The notes under the pieces are model-generated. The model was given only the letters and a program-made list of their open reading frames with translations, searched no databases and was not told where the DNA came from. Both the position numbers and the translations under genes were made by a program. A stretch of 34,193 bases of DNA from Sulfurimonadaceae bacterium (lineage in GTDB: Bacteria; Campylobacterota; Campylobacteria; Campylobacterales; Sulfurimonadaceae): positions 1-34,193 of the forward strand of contig JBFFUI010000022.1 in assembly GCA_041571435.1 (NCBI GenBank), read 5' to 3'. This document shows, piece by piece, positions 18,406 to 26,369 of this stretch; the first letter of the stretch is position 1; each line of letters starts with the position of its first letter.

Positions 18406-18783
18406 TCAGGAAGGTTTCTCCGCCAGATGGACAAAAAAGAGCTGCAGCATATCGGTCACACTCAACTCTTTGAACCCTTCGTCCAGGACATTGCCGCCAT
18501 TGCCGGCACCGGTACCGATCCCGTCATAATATCTGATCGTGGCAGGGTTGTCGATGAGGTTGTTGACGGGTCTGTTGAAGAGGAGCGTATTGGCGTTGAT
18601 GTTATGCAGGGCGCAGAAGTCCAGGATCGCCTTGTAGGGAAGCGTATTGCGCCGTTTCATCGAGGCGAGGGTCGAAGGCGAGAGACCGAGAGCCGCCGCA
18701 ACATCTTTCTCATGGACCTTTGTCTGGCGGGTATGGGAAAGAATAATTTTGAGTTTAGTGATAATCGTTGCAAAATCGTTCAT
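18406..18783 (-). CDS. Phage CI-like HTH regulator lacking the S24 peptidase domain
   Basis: KDVAAALGLSPSTLASMKRRNTLPY HTH, then IRYY..GAGNGG linker and an early stop. Confidence 0.7.
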   Translation of the reverse strand: MNDFATIITKLKIILSHTRQTKVHEKDVAAALGLSPSTLASMKRRNTLPYKAILDFCALHNINANTLLFNRPVNNLIDNPATIRYYDGIGTGAGNGGNVLDEGFKELSVTDMLQLFFVHLAEKPS

Positions 18784-18880
18784 GGTGAAATAATAGGTCA
18801 ATAAATACAGACGACCCAAAAGTATGGCAAGTTGCTATTGTAGGGCCCCGGGTCACAGGAGATCGAAAGAGAGGGATAAG

Positions 18881-18985
18881 TTGACAAAGATGATCTGCAC
18901 AGCATGTAAAAAAGAGATCGAAAGTGGATTGTTGTCTTTTGAAGATGTAAAGCAGTCTGTCTGTTTTTGTAAAATGAATTTTTGA
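18881..18985 (+). CDS. Putative 34-aa CxxC/CxC peptide
   Basis: Hand-translated MTKMICTACKKEIESGLLSFEDVKQSVCFCKMNF* (TTG start after GAGGGA), divergent from the HTH gene. Confidence 0.35.
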   Translation: MTKMICTACKKEIESGLLSFEDVKQSVCFCKMNF

Positions 18986-19073
18986 TGGTGGACAGCTAGG
19001 GATTCGAACCCTAGATAGGTTGCCCTATACCCGCGTTCCAGGCGAGCGCCTTCGACCACTCGGCCAGCTGTCC
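18986..19073 (-). tRNA. tRNA-Ser(GGA)
   Basis: GGACAGC-TGGCCGAGTGGTCGAAGGC, anticodon loop CTGGAAC, long variable arm ATAGG-GCAA-CCTAT, GTTCGAATCC, GCTGTCC-A-CCA. Confidence 0.95.
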
Positions 19074-19118
19074 ATGTTTTGAGAACGAAAGTATAGTTGA
19101 CTCTTCGTTATAGTGTGC

Positions 19119-20510
19119 TTAACTCTTGCGCAAACCGGTGAGAAGATAGGGGATGTCTAGAGACTCCCTAACCCCCTCGGTAAAGGTCTGGATACGTTCC
19201 TGCCGGAAGGTTTTGTAGTCAAAGGGGCGGTATTTTGCATCTATCTGACTGAAATAGTTGTTTCGCCAGCCATCATTGTCGAAGATGCCGTGCAGAAATG
19301 TGCCGTGGAGGTTGTGACGGTGATACCCCACCGGATAGGTGTCGCTTCGGCCATGGTGTATCTCATACCCTTTGATCTCAAAGTCAAAGAGCATCTCTGT
19401 CACTTGCCTCTGGATCTTCTCCTTTTCGAAGCGGATCTCGCCATCTATTCTTCCCAGCCCTTCAAATGATCCCTGCTGTTCAACCCCCTCTTCGTCGACA
19501 AGGGTCTCAAAGAGCATCTCATACCCGCCGCAGATACCAAAAAGCGGCTTCTCCCATCGTTTTATCAGCTCCGTGAAGCCCTGCTGTTCAAGCCACTGCA
19601 GGTCATCGACGGTGCGCCGTGTTCCCGGTAGGATAAGCAGGTCTGTGTTGTCGGTCTGTGAAGGGTGGGTGATAAACTGAAGATTGAGCGAGGGATCATT
19701 GATCAGCGGTTCAAAGTCGGTAAAGTTGCTGAGATGGGGGAACCTGATCACCGTGACGTTGATGGCGCCTTCATGACTCTCCTGAGTGTAGTTCTCCAGC
19801 GACTGGATATCCTCAAAGCCGATATTGAGCGGCAGGTAGGGGACAACGCCAAGCACTTTCAGCCCGAAACGCTCTTCGATGATGTTGACGCCCTCTTCAA
19901 AAAAGGCCATGTCGCCGCGGAACTTGTTGACAATCACACCGATGACATTGCATTTAAGTGCCTCGGGAAGGAGGTTGTAGACGCCCCAGATGGAGGCAAA
20001 GACACCGCCGCGTTCAATGTCGGCGACGAGGATGATCCTGGTCTCAAAGGCCTGCGCGACGTAGAGGTTGGAGAGGTCTTCGTTCATGAGGTTCAGCTCT
20101 ACCGGCGACCCGGCCCCCTCAGCGACGATAATGTCAAAATCGTTTTGCAGCTTCTCGAAAGCCGCTTTGACGATGGGCTTTTTGGCGTCGATGGTGCTGT
20201 AGTACTCACCGACGCTCTGCTCGTCACCGCTTTTACCGTTGATGATGAGCGAGGCCTTGCCGTTACTGCCCGATTTGAGCAGGATGGGGTTCATCTCATA
20301 ACGGGTCTCGAGCCCGACGGCCTCGGCCGCAAAATACTGCGCCTGGGCGATCTCGCCGCCGTCATCGCCGATGCGGGCGTTGTTGGAGACGTTCTGGGCC
20401 TTAAAGGGCGCGACACGGTAGCCTTCATCGTGGAGGATCTTGGTGATCGCCATGGAGAGCGTGGATTTGCCGGCGTCCGAACTGGTGCCGAAAATGGAGA
20501 GTGAGTGCAT
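19119..20510 (-). CDS. cobQ: Cobyric acid synthase
   Basis: GTSSDAGKS, PFKAQN, EGAGSPVELNL, DIERGG, NKFRGD, SNFTDF, GICGGY, GYEIH. Start at ATG 20510 (TGATG coupling). Confidence 0.93.
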   Translation of the reverse strand: MHSLSIFGTSSDAGKSTLSMAITKILHDEGYRVAPFKAQNVSNNARIGDDGGEIAQAQYFAAEAVGLETRYEMNPILLKSGSNGKASLIINGKSGDEQSVGEYYSTIDAKKPIVKAAFEKLQNDFDIIVAEGAGSPVELNLMNEDLSNLYVAQAFETRIILVADIERGGVFASIWGVYNLLPEALKCNVIGVIVNKFRGDMAFFEEGVNIIEERFGLKVLGVVPYLPLNIGFEDIQSLENYTQESHEGAINVTVIRFPHLSNFTDFEPLINDPSLNLQFITHPSQTDNTDLLILPGTRRTVDDLQWLEQQGFTELIKRWEKPLFGICGGYEMLFETLVDEEGVEQQGSFEGLGRIDGEIRFEKEKIQRQVTEMLFDFEIKGYEIHHGRSDTYPVGYHRHNLHGTFLHGIFDNDGWRNNYFSQIDAKYRPFDYKTFRQERIQTFTEGVRESLDIPYLLTGLRKS

Positions 20511-20956
20511 CAGTCGTGGCACTTCTTCATGATCTTTTTCCAATCCTCATCATAATGTTTTTCGACATAGCTGCGATGGTGGGGCACGGTGCAGTTGGAG
20601 CAGTCCTGGTGGATAGCGTCGCCATAGATCCCTTGTGCCCCCTCTTTGGAGTCGATAGCGCAGTTGCTGTAGAGCGTTTTTTCCCCGATCTTTTCCAGAC
20701 CGTCATCATTGAAGCGGAAGTTGGGGCAGGCGCAGAGGTAGCAGTTGAGCTGTTGCATGTCGTGGCACTTCTTCCCGACACGCCCCTCTTCGTTCTTCTC
20801 TCTGTAGAGCGGGCAGAAGTCGGGCTCGTTCTTGACCATGTTGTCAAAGTCAAAATAGGCGATGATCGCCTCTTTTTCAAGCCCCTCTGCCAGCAGCTTC
20901 TGCACCACTTTTTTGTGTTTTTGTGCATGCTCTTCGAACCACTTTAGATAACTCAT
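20510..20956 (-). CDS. Cysteine-rich small-domain protein
   Basis: FCPLY..KCH..LNCYLCACP..C..DCSNCTVPH. Translationally coupled on both sides. Confidence 0.8.
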   Translation of the reverse strand: MSYLKWFEEHAQKHKKVVQKLLAEGLEKEAIIAYFDFDNMVKNEPDFCPLYREKNEEGRVGKKCHDMQQLNCYLCACPNFRFNDDGLEKIGEKTLYSNCAIDSKEGAQGIYGDAIHQDCSNCTVPHHRSYVEKHYDEDWKKIMKKCHD

Positions 20957-21534
20957 AAGGCTGCTTTCACCTTGAGTGTAAAGGCACGCACCAGATAGAT
21001 TATCGTGACGATCTCTACTGCAAGGAGCAGAAAATGGAGATAATAGACCTGTACACTGTTCTCGGTGATCAGGAAGAAGTACTCAAGCACTTTATAGAAG
21101 AGAAATGAGACGATCAACCCCGTAAGGTACCCCTTCTGCTTCGCCACATCGAGAAAAGTGAACAGTTTGCTGCGTTTGAACATGATGGTCTCTGCTCGGA
21201 CCAGATAGGAGCCGAAAGCGAAGGTCGCCTGATAGCCGATATAGATCAAAAGTGCCGTGGCATAGCTGTAGGAGAAGAGCAGAAAGTAGAGCACCAGTGC
21301 CAGCATCACCGCCTCGACCGAGACAGAGATGCGGTAGAAGTAGCGGCGGTTCATAATGTGGGTGTATAACTTGGCAATGAACAGTACAGCCAGAGCGAGA
21401 AATATCCCGCCCACCGAGTAGACGGAGGGCTGAAGGGGCGTGTAGATGGTAAAGATGCTCCCGATCGAGAGTCCGGCAAAAAGAGAGTTGAAAAACTTGT
21501 AGTTGATAAACTCTCTCGTATCGATACTGGTCAT
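20953..21534 (-). CDS. Uncharacterised integral membrane protein (about 6 TM helices)
   Basis: Alternating hydrophobic segments, in operon between the TonB receptor and the Cys-rich gene. Confidence 0.8.
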   Translation of the reverse strand: MTSIDTREFINYKFFNSLFAGLSIGSIFTIYTPLQPSVYSVGGIFLALAVLFIAKLYTHIMNRRYFYRISVSVEAVMLALVLYFLLFSYSYATALLIYIGYQATFAFGSYLVRAETIMFKRSKLFTFLDVAKQKGYLTGLIVSFLFYKVLEYFFLITENSVQVYYLHFLLLAVEIVTIIYLVRAFTLKVKAAL

Positions 21535-21541
21535 TATGTTC

Positions 21542-23434
21542 CTAGAATTTCAGCTTTAACCCTGCGAATGCTGTTCTGGCATAGTTGATAGGATAGATCG
21601 CATCATCAGAAACCCAGAGCCCGTTTGACTGATTAAGCACGTTGTTCATCTTGGCGAAAACCTCATAACGCTCCTGTGTATAGGTGACAGAGATATCAGT
21701 GCTCATATAAGGGTCCTGCTTCTGCGTGAAGTTATTGTTAAAGTCGTTCGCGGCATAGGCCTCTGAACGGTATGTCTCTGTCAGAGAGATGGTTGTGCTT
21801 TGAACAGGCAGATAGTTAACAGTCGCTTTTACATTGTGGTCTGAGACACCCGGTAAAAAGTTGCCTGCATAATCCTGACCTGCCTCCTCATCGATGATGG
21901 CCTGCACATAGTTATAGTTCAGTGCGATGTTCCAAGCCTCTGTGATAAGCCACTTGTCATAGAGATCGATCCCGTATTTATGGGACTTGTCGATATTGGT
22001 ATTGGCAAAAGTCACAGGGTTATAATAGATCTCATTTCGCATATCAACATAGTAGGCTGCGATCTTGAACTTGTTAGTTGGTAGGATGTAGTTGTAGCCG
22101 AGTGTATAGTTATTGGCAGCCATCGGGTCAATAAAACTGTTGAATGTTCCGCCAAAAAGGAAAAACCTGTCGATATCGGGGGATTGGAAACTGCGTGAAT
22201 AGTTGGCAAAGAGTGACTGCTCTTTGGTCAATAGGTAGTTGTAGCCGAGTTCAGCACCGTGCAGCGCATCATCGTCTGTAATATCCGTAGTAAGATCCTG
22301 ATATCGGTAGGTCACTTTTTCATAACGGTAGCCGGCTTTCAATGATGAAGCACCGAAATACCACTGCGTCATCAAAAATCCCGCGATGTTATCTTTGTGT
22401 GTTCTGTTTCCAAACGCTTCACGCTGCCCGTCAAAACTGTCAATACCGACAGAGAGCGCCACCAAACCGGTCTCAATGTCAACGCTTGCCTTGAGTGTGT
22501 CGTAGATGTACTCTGCCGGCGTAAATGGTACATACTGGACTGTTTTCTCTTCGTGGAAACCGTCAAAGTTGACCGAAACAGTATCATTGATGTTGTAACT
22601 CGCGCCTGCATTGACGGTATCGCTTGTAAACTTCTGTTCTTTTGGCGAGCCGGTACCTGGCTGTAAAGGGTCCGTATCATACTCAGCTTTTGTCAGAGGA
22701 CCTCCATAAAACACATCAATGGTTGATGTGGCGGCACCGAGTCTGAACTCAAGTTCTTCAATAGGTGTGTATCCCATGTTAAAAGTAGCCGTTGACAATT
22801 TACTTTTGTCTTTGTTCCCGGCAGCATCGATCGTTCGTATACCGTCATTTCGCTGCATCTCACCGCTTGCAGAGATGCTGACCCTTTTATCACTGTGGCC
22901 AAGGTAGAATGAACCGTCTTTGGTGCCATAGCTGCCGCCATAGAGTGTCACAGATTTGTCATTACTGCCTTTTGTGATGATGTTGATAACACCGGCATTG
23001 GCGCCGTCGCCGCCAACAACAATGCCGCTGGATTTGATGATCTCGATCTTCTCGATCGACTCAGGGCTGATACTTGAAAGCAGTTGCGGGACCAAGTCGA
23101 TATTGTTCATGCGGCGACCATTTACGGTGACGACTATATTCTGGTTTCCGTTCGCGCCGTATCCATGCATGTCAAGTTGTTGCGTAAATGGATTGCCGTA
23201 ATTAGGCATCGCGATGACGGATGTCTGCTGGTTTAGAAACTCGTAGACATTCTGGACATGTGCTTTGTCTATGTCTTCAGCCGTGTAGACTTCGACAGCG
23301 TCGGTTGACTTGAGCTCGTCTGTTTCAATGGCTGTTGAGGAGACGGTTAAGGGTTCAAGCGTGACGCTGTTTGCAGCTGATGCTGCGCATGTCAATGCTG
23401 AAAGTGCAGCAAGTGAGAGTAGTATTTTGTTCAT
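21542..23434 (-). CDS. TonB-dependent receptor, probably BtuB-like (corrinoid uptake)
   Basis: Signal peptide, TonB-box-like EPLTVSS, plug motif IEKIEIIK..GVINIITK, C-terminal Phe. Substrate inferred from cobQ in the operon. Confidence 0.88.
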   Translation of the reverse strand: MNKILLSLAALSALTCAASAANSVTLEPLTVSSTAIETDELKSTDAVEVYTAEDIDKAHVQNVYEFLNQQTSVIAMPNYGNPFTQQLDMHGYGANGNQNIVVTVNGRRMNNIDLVPQLLSSISPESIEKIEIIKSSGIVVGGDGANAGVINIITKGSNDKSVTLYGGSYGTKDGSFYLGHSDKRVSISASGEMQRNDGIRTIDAAGNKDKSKLSTATFNMGYTPIEELEFRLGAATSTIDVFYGGPLTKAEYDTDPLQPGTGSPKEQKFTSDTVNAGASYNINDTVSVNFDGFHEEKTVQYVPFTPAEYIYDTLKASVDIETGLVALSVGIDSFDGQREAFGNRTHKDNIAGFLMTQWYFGASSLKAGYRYEKVTYRYQDLTTDITDDDALHGAELGYNYLLTKEQSLFANYSRSFQSPDIDRFFLFGGTFNSFIDPMAANNYTLGYNYILPTNKFKIAAYYVDMRNEIYYNPVTFANTNIDKSHKYGIDLYDKWLITEAWNIALNYNYVQAIIDEEAGQDYAGNFLPGVSDHNVKATVNYLPVQSTTISLTETYRSEAYAANDFNNNFTQKQDPYMSTDISVTYTQERYEVFAKMNNVLNQSNGLWVSDDAIYPINYARTAFAGLKLKF

Positions 23435-23435
23435 T

Positions 23436-23801
23436 TTATATCCTGTAAGTTATGTTTGTTTGTTGAAAGTCTAAATGAAAATCGGGCGGTGATGTGACCG
23501 AGTTGGCGTAGCGGTAAGGGCGTATGTTTCGTTGTGGTTTCGCATTGTGGCGGATGCGGTTTCGGGTGATGCGGTTATAAAAGCAGTTGCAATGGCCGGC
23601 ATGGGTCGGCAGGGAAAGGACGGTGCAACTGAGCAGCTCTTCGAGCTCGTCGTCGGCGCTCTCTTTTGTCTCCCAGTCGGGCTGGGTAAGATGCGATGCG
23701 TTTACACGTACGGAGGTGGCGCTGAGGTGGTGTTGTACGACTGTTGCCTGTATGGCGGCAAGTGAGAAGTAATTTTTACCGAAACCTTTTGGTGCGCGCA
23801 T
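23436..23801 (-). CDS. Upstream leader ORF (121 aa) of the TonB receptor operon
   Basis: TGCTATAAT promoter, AGGAG RBS, ATG 23801. Stop TAA 1 nt before the receptor ATG. Contains HH, HAGHCNC and TSPP. Confidence 0.7.
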   Translation of the reverse strand: MRAPKGFGKNYFSLAAIQATVVQHHLSATSVRVNASHLTQPDWETKESADDELEELLSCTVLSLPTHAGHCNCFYNRITRNRIRHNAKPQRNIRPYRYANSVTSPPDFHLDFQQTNITYRI

Positions 23802-23823
23802 CGATTCTCCTGGAATTTTCGGA

Positions 23824-23832
23824 ATTATAGCA
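23824..23832 (-). promoter_or_regulatory. Extended -10 promoter (TGCTATAAT) of the leader-TBDR-cobQ operon
   Basis: Exact TGnTATAAT about 22 nt upstream of the leader ATG. Confidence 0.7.
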
Positions 23833-23844
23833 GAAGAGTCTGAT

Positions 23845-24021
23845 TTACTTGGTATCTTCTTTGAACTCTTTGGTACTTTCATTAAAAGACTTTTTGGTGT
23901 TGCCCCAGGCATTTTTAAAGCCTTGGTTAATATTGTGCAGGTTCTTTTTCGACTCTTGTTTGGTACAGCCGACGAAAAAAAGCATGCCTAATGACAGGGT
24001 GATTAAAAACAGCGGTCTCAT
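23845..24021 (-). CDS. Small lipoprotein (58 aa)
   Basis: Hand-translated MRPLFLITLSLGMLFFVG-CTKQESKK...EFKEDTK*. Lipobox FVGC, AAGGA RBS, TGCTATACT at 24065-24073. Confidence 0.8.
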   Translation of the reverse strand: MRPLFLITLSLGMLFFVGCTKQESKKNLHNINQGFKNAWGNTKKSFNESTKEFKEDTK

Positions 24022-24143
24022 TGTTGATAGATCCTTGAATTGATTTAGCTTATAGATAGTAAGAAGTATAGCAAAACGTTCCTATAACAGAAGAGGGAGT
24101 CTTCGCTATAATTGCGCTGACAAACAGCCCCACAAGGATCGGC

Positions 24144-25472
24144 ATGAAACTCTCGCATCTACGACAGATCGTTGACTATATGCAGTCATTGAAGCATATC
24201 AATGCCATCCACCGCATCGGCGACAGTGTTCTCAAGATCGTCTTCGACCGTGATAACATCTTCTACTTCAATATGCAAAAGGGCAACGCCTACATCTCTA
24301 AATGCGCCAAAGAGGTGCGCCGATCCAAGGTCTATAATGCCCCCTTTGATGTCATCATCTCAAAGCGGTTCAACCGTGCCCAGATCGAGAGCATTGAGCT
24401 CTACAACGATGACAAGATCATCCGCATCAAAGCGTCGATCAGCGGTGCCTACAAGGCGCAGAGCACCATCTTGCAGCTTGAGTTCACGGGCAAGACGACC
24501 AACGTCATCATCCTTGACGATGACGAGATCATCCTTGAAGCGCTCAGACATGTGGACGCCTACAGTTCGTACCGGATCATCAAGGTGGGGCAGGAACTTG
24601 TCGCACCGCCCGCTCTGCCGTTCACACCAAAAGAGTACCCGCTTGAGGATGTCGAAGCGTTCTTGCTGGAGACCTGCGAGAAAGAGCAGGCACAGCGTCT
24701 AAACAGTCTGAAAAAACAGAAGTCGGTCTATATCACCAAAAAACTGCACAAACTGGAGCGCCTCTACGCCAAACTCGATGACGAGGCTCTGCTGCAGGAG
24801 GAGGTCGACAGGCTCCAGCACTACGGCAACCTGGTTCTGAGCAACCTGCACACCATCAAACCCTACCAAAGTGTGCTGGCACTGACCGATTATGATGGTA
24901 CGGTGGTCCATGTCGAGGTCGATGACAAGATCAGCGTCCCTTCGCGCTATTCGGACTACCTCTTCAAACGGGCGAAGAAAGCGAAGCAGAAGGTGAAAAA
25001 CCTCCATATCGAGCGCGAAAGTCTTGCCGGAAAGATCAACCACCTCAAACACTTTCTCGACGTGATCCAACATGCCAAAGATGTGGCGGCCATCGACCTG
25101 CTCTTTCCGCCGCGACAGCAGATGAAAAAAGAGAAGCCCAACGAGTCGTATGAGGTCTTCTGGGTGGAGGGCTACAAGGTGCTGCTGGGCAAAAGCGAAA
25201 AGGGGAACATCGAACTGCTCGAGAACGCACGGGCAAAAGATATCTGGTTTCACATGCGTGACCGCCCTTCGGCTCATGTGATCGTCGTGACCGACAAAAA
25301 GAACATTCCCGAAAGCGTCATACACGAGGCAGCCGGTCTCTGCGTCGATTTTACGATGTTTGAGAACGGGCATTATCTGGTCGACTATACGCAGCGTCGG
25401 AATGTGAAGATACAGGATGGGGCAAACGTCCACTATACGGACTATAATACGGTCGATATCGTAAAATATTAA
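24144..25472 (+). CDS. NFACT family protein (RqcH/FbpA-like)
   Basis: LQLEFTGKTTNVIILD NFACT-N, coiled coil, GKSEKGN..DIWFH..SAHV NFACT-R. TATAAT at 24107-24112. Confidence 0.88.
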   Translation: MKLSHLRQIVDYMQSLKHINAIHRIGDSVLKIVFDRDNIFYFNMQKGNAYISKCAKEVRRSKVYNAPFDVIISKRFNRAQIESIELYNDDKIIRIKASISGAYKAQSTILQLEFTGKTTNVIILDDDEIILEALRHVDAYSSYRIIKVGQELVAPPALPFTPKEYPLEDVEAFLLETCEKEQAQRLNSLKKQKSVYITKKLHKLERLYAKLDDEALLQEEVDRLQHYGNLVLSNLHTIKPYQSVLALTDYDGTVVHVEVDDKISVPSRYSDYLFKRAKKAKQKVKNLHIERESLAGKINHLKHFLDVIQHAKDVAAIDLLFPPRQQMKKEKPNESYEVFWVEGYKVLLGKSEKGNIELLENARAKDIWFHMRDRPSAHVIVVTDKKNIPESVIHEAAGLCVDFTMFENGHYLVDYTQRRNVKIQDGANVHYTDYNTVDIVKY

Positions 25473-25604
25473 AAGGGCAAAACCAAACCTGACGCATTGC
25501 AAAGCGAAAGGGTTCTTGACCAACGTTTATTTGTCTCTCGCTAACCCAAGCCACACTTCGCTATAATCACGATAATAATCATATATTGAGATAGCGAGAG
25601 AACA

Positions 25605-26369
25605 ATGGCATTGACTAAGATTTACTCCGAACATAAAGAGCGCATTGATACGGCAGTTTTGATACTGGCTGCGATCATTCTAATAGGTATTTTCCACAAC
25701 TTTATCCTTGTCTGGGCGACCCTGGGGGTGATCTACCTGGTCGCCTTTCGTGAGGCGAACGCCCTCTTCGGGGTGGATAAAGATGCCAATATCATTTTTG
25801 CAGGGGCGTTGTGGATCGCGGCGGCATTTTACCCCAAACCAGATGACCTGTTTATGGTCACAGCGCTTGTCCTCGCGGCGATCTATGCGTATGATCCCAA
25901 ACAGGAGTTCAATAAACTTTTGAGCTTTGTCTACCCGACGGCGGGGATGCTTTTTCTGTTGACACTCTATTCGGATTTCGGCATTCATAGTATCTTTTGG
26001 ATGATTTTGACCGTCGGTGGTGCCGATGTCGGCGCCTACATCGTGGGCAAGAGCATGGGTAAGACAAAGTTCTCTCCAACTTCGCCGAACAAAACGCTCG
26101 AAGGAGTCGTCGGCGGTATTGCGATCGGGACGCTTCTTGGCCTGTTGGTCGGCATCTCTGTCGTCGGAGGCTGGAGTGCACTGCTGATCTCTGTGGCGGT
26201 CGCAGCGATCTCTGTCTTCGGCGATCTCTTTGAGAGCTTTTTAAAACGCCACGCCGGTGTGAAAGACAGCGGCAGCTTCTTGCCGGGCCACGGCGGGGCG
26301 CTGGACCGTATTGACGGCTATCTTTTCGGAGCGGTCGTGATGGTGGTCCTTTTGCGAGGGCTTGCATAA
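25605..26369 (+). CDS. cdsA: Phosphatidate cytidylyltransferase
   Basis: SPNKTLEG, GDLFESFLKRHAGVKDSGSFLPGHGGALDRID. Confidence 0.95.
   Translation: MALTKIYSEHKERIDTAVLILAAIILIGIFHNFILVWATLGVIYLVAFREANALFGVDKDANIIFAGALWIAAAFYPKPDDLFMVTALVLAAIYAYDPKQEFNKLLSFVYPTAGMLFLLTLYSDFGIHSIFWMILTVGGADVGAYIVGKSMGKTKFSPTSPNKTLEGVVGGIAIGTLLGLLVGISVVGGWSALLISVAVAAISVFGDLFESFLKRHAGVKDSGSFLPGHGGALDRIDGYLFGAVVMVVLLRGLA

Noticed and set aside
18853-19059. 68-aa ORF overlapping tRNA-Ser
   Set aside because: Translation of the tRNA sequence, not a gene.
23436-23830. Cobalamin riboswitch expected upstream of the BtuB-like receptor
   Set aside because: No ordered GGGAA / CCCGC-ACTGT / B12-box pattern seen by eye, only a partial GCAACTG. 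Needs Infernal to exclude formally.
25472-25522. GGGCAAAACC...GACGCA...GCAAAG...GAAAG resembling a c-di-GMP-I riboswitch
   Set aside because: Motif order and the P2/P3 stems do not fit, and a promoter lies downstream. More likely an imperfect terminator hairpin.
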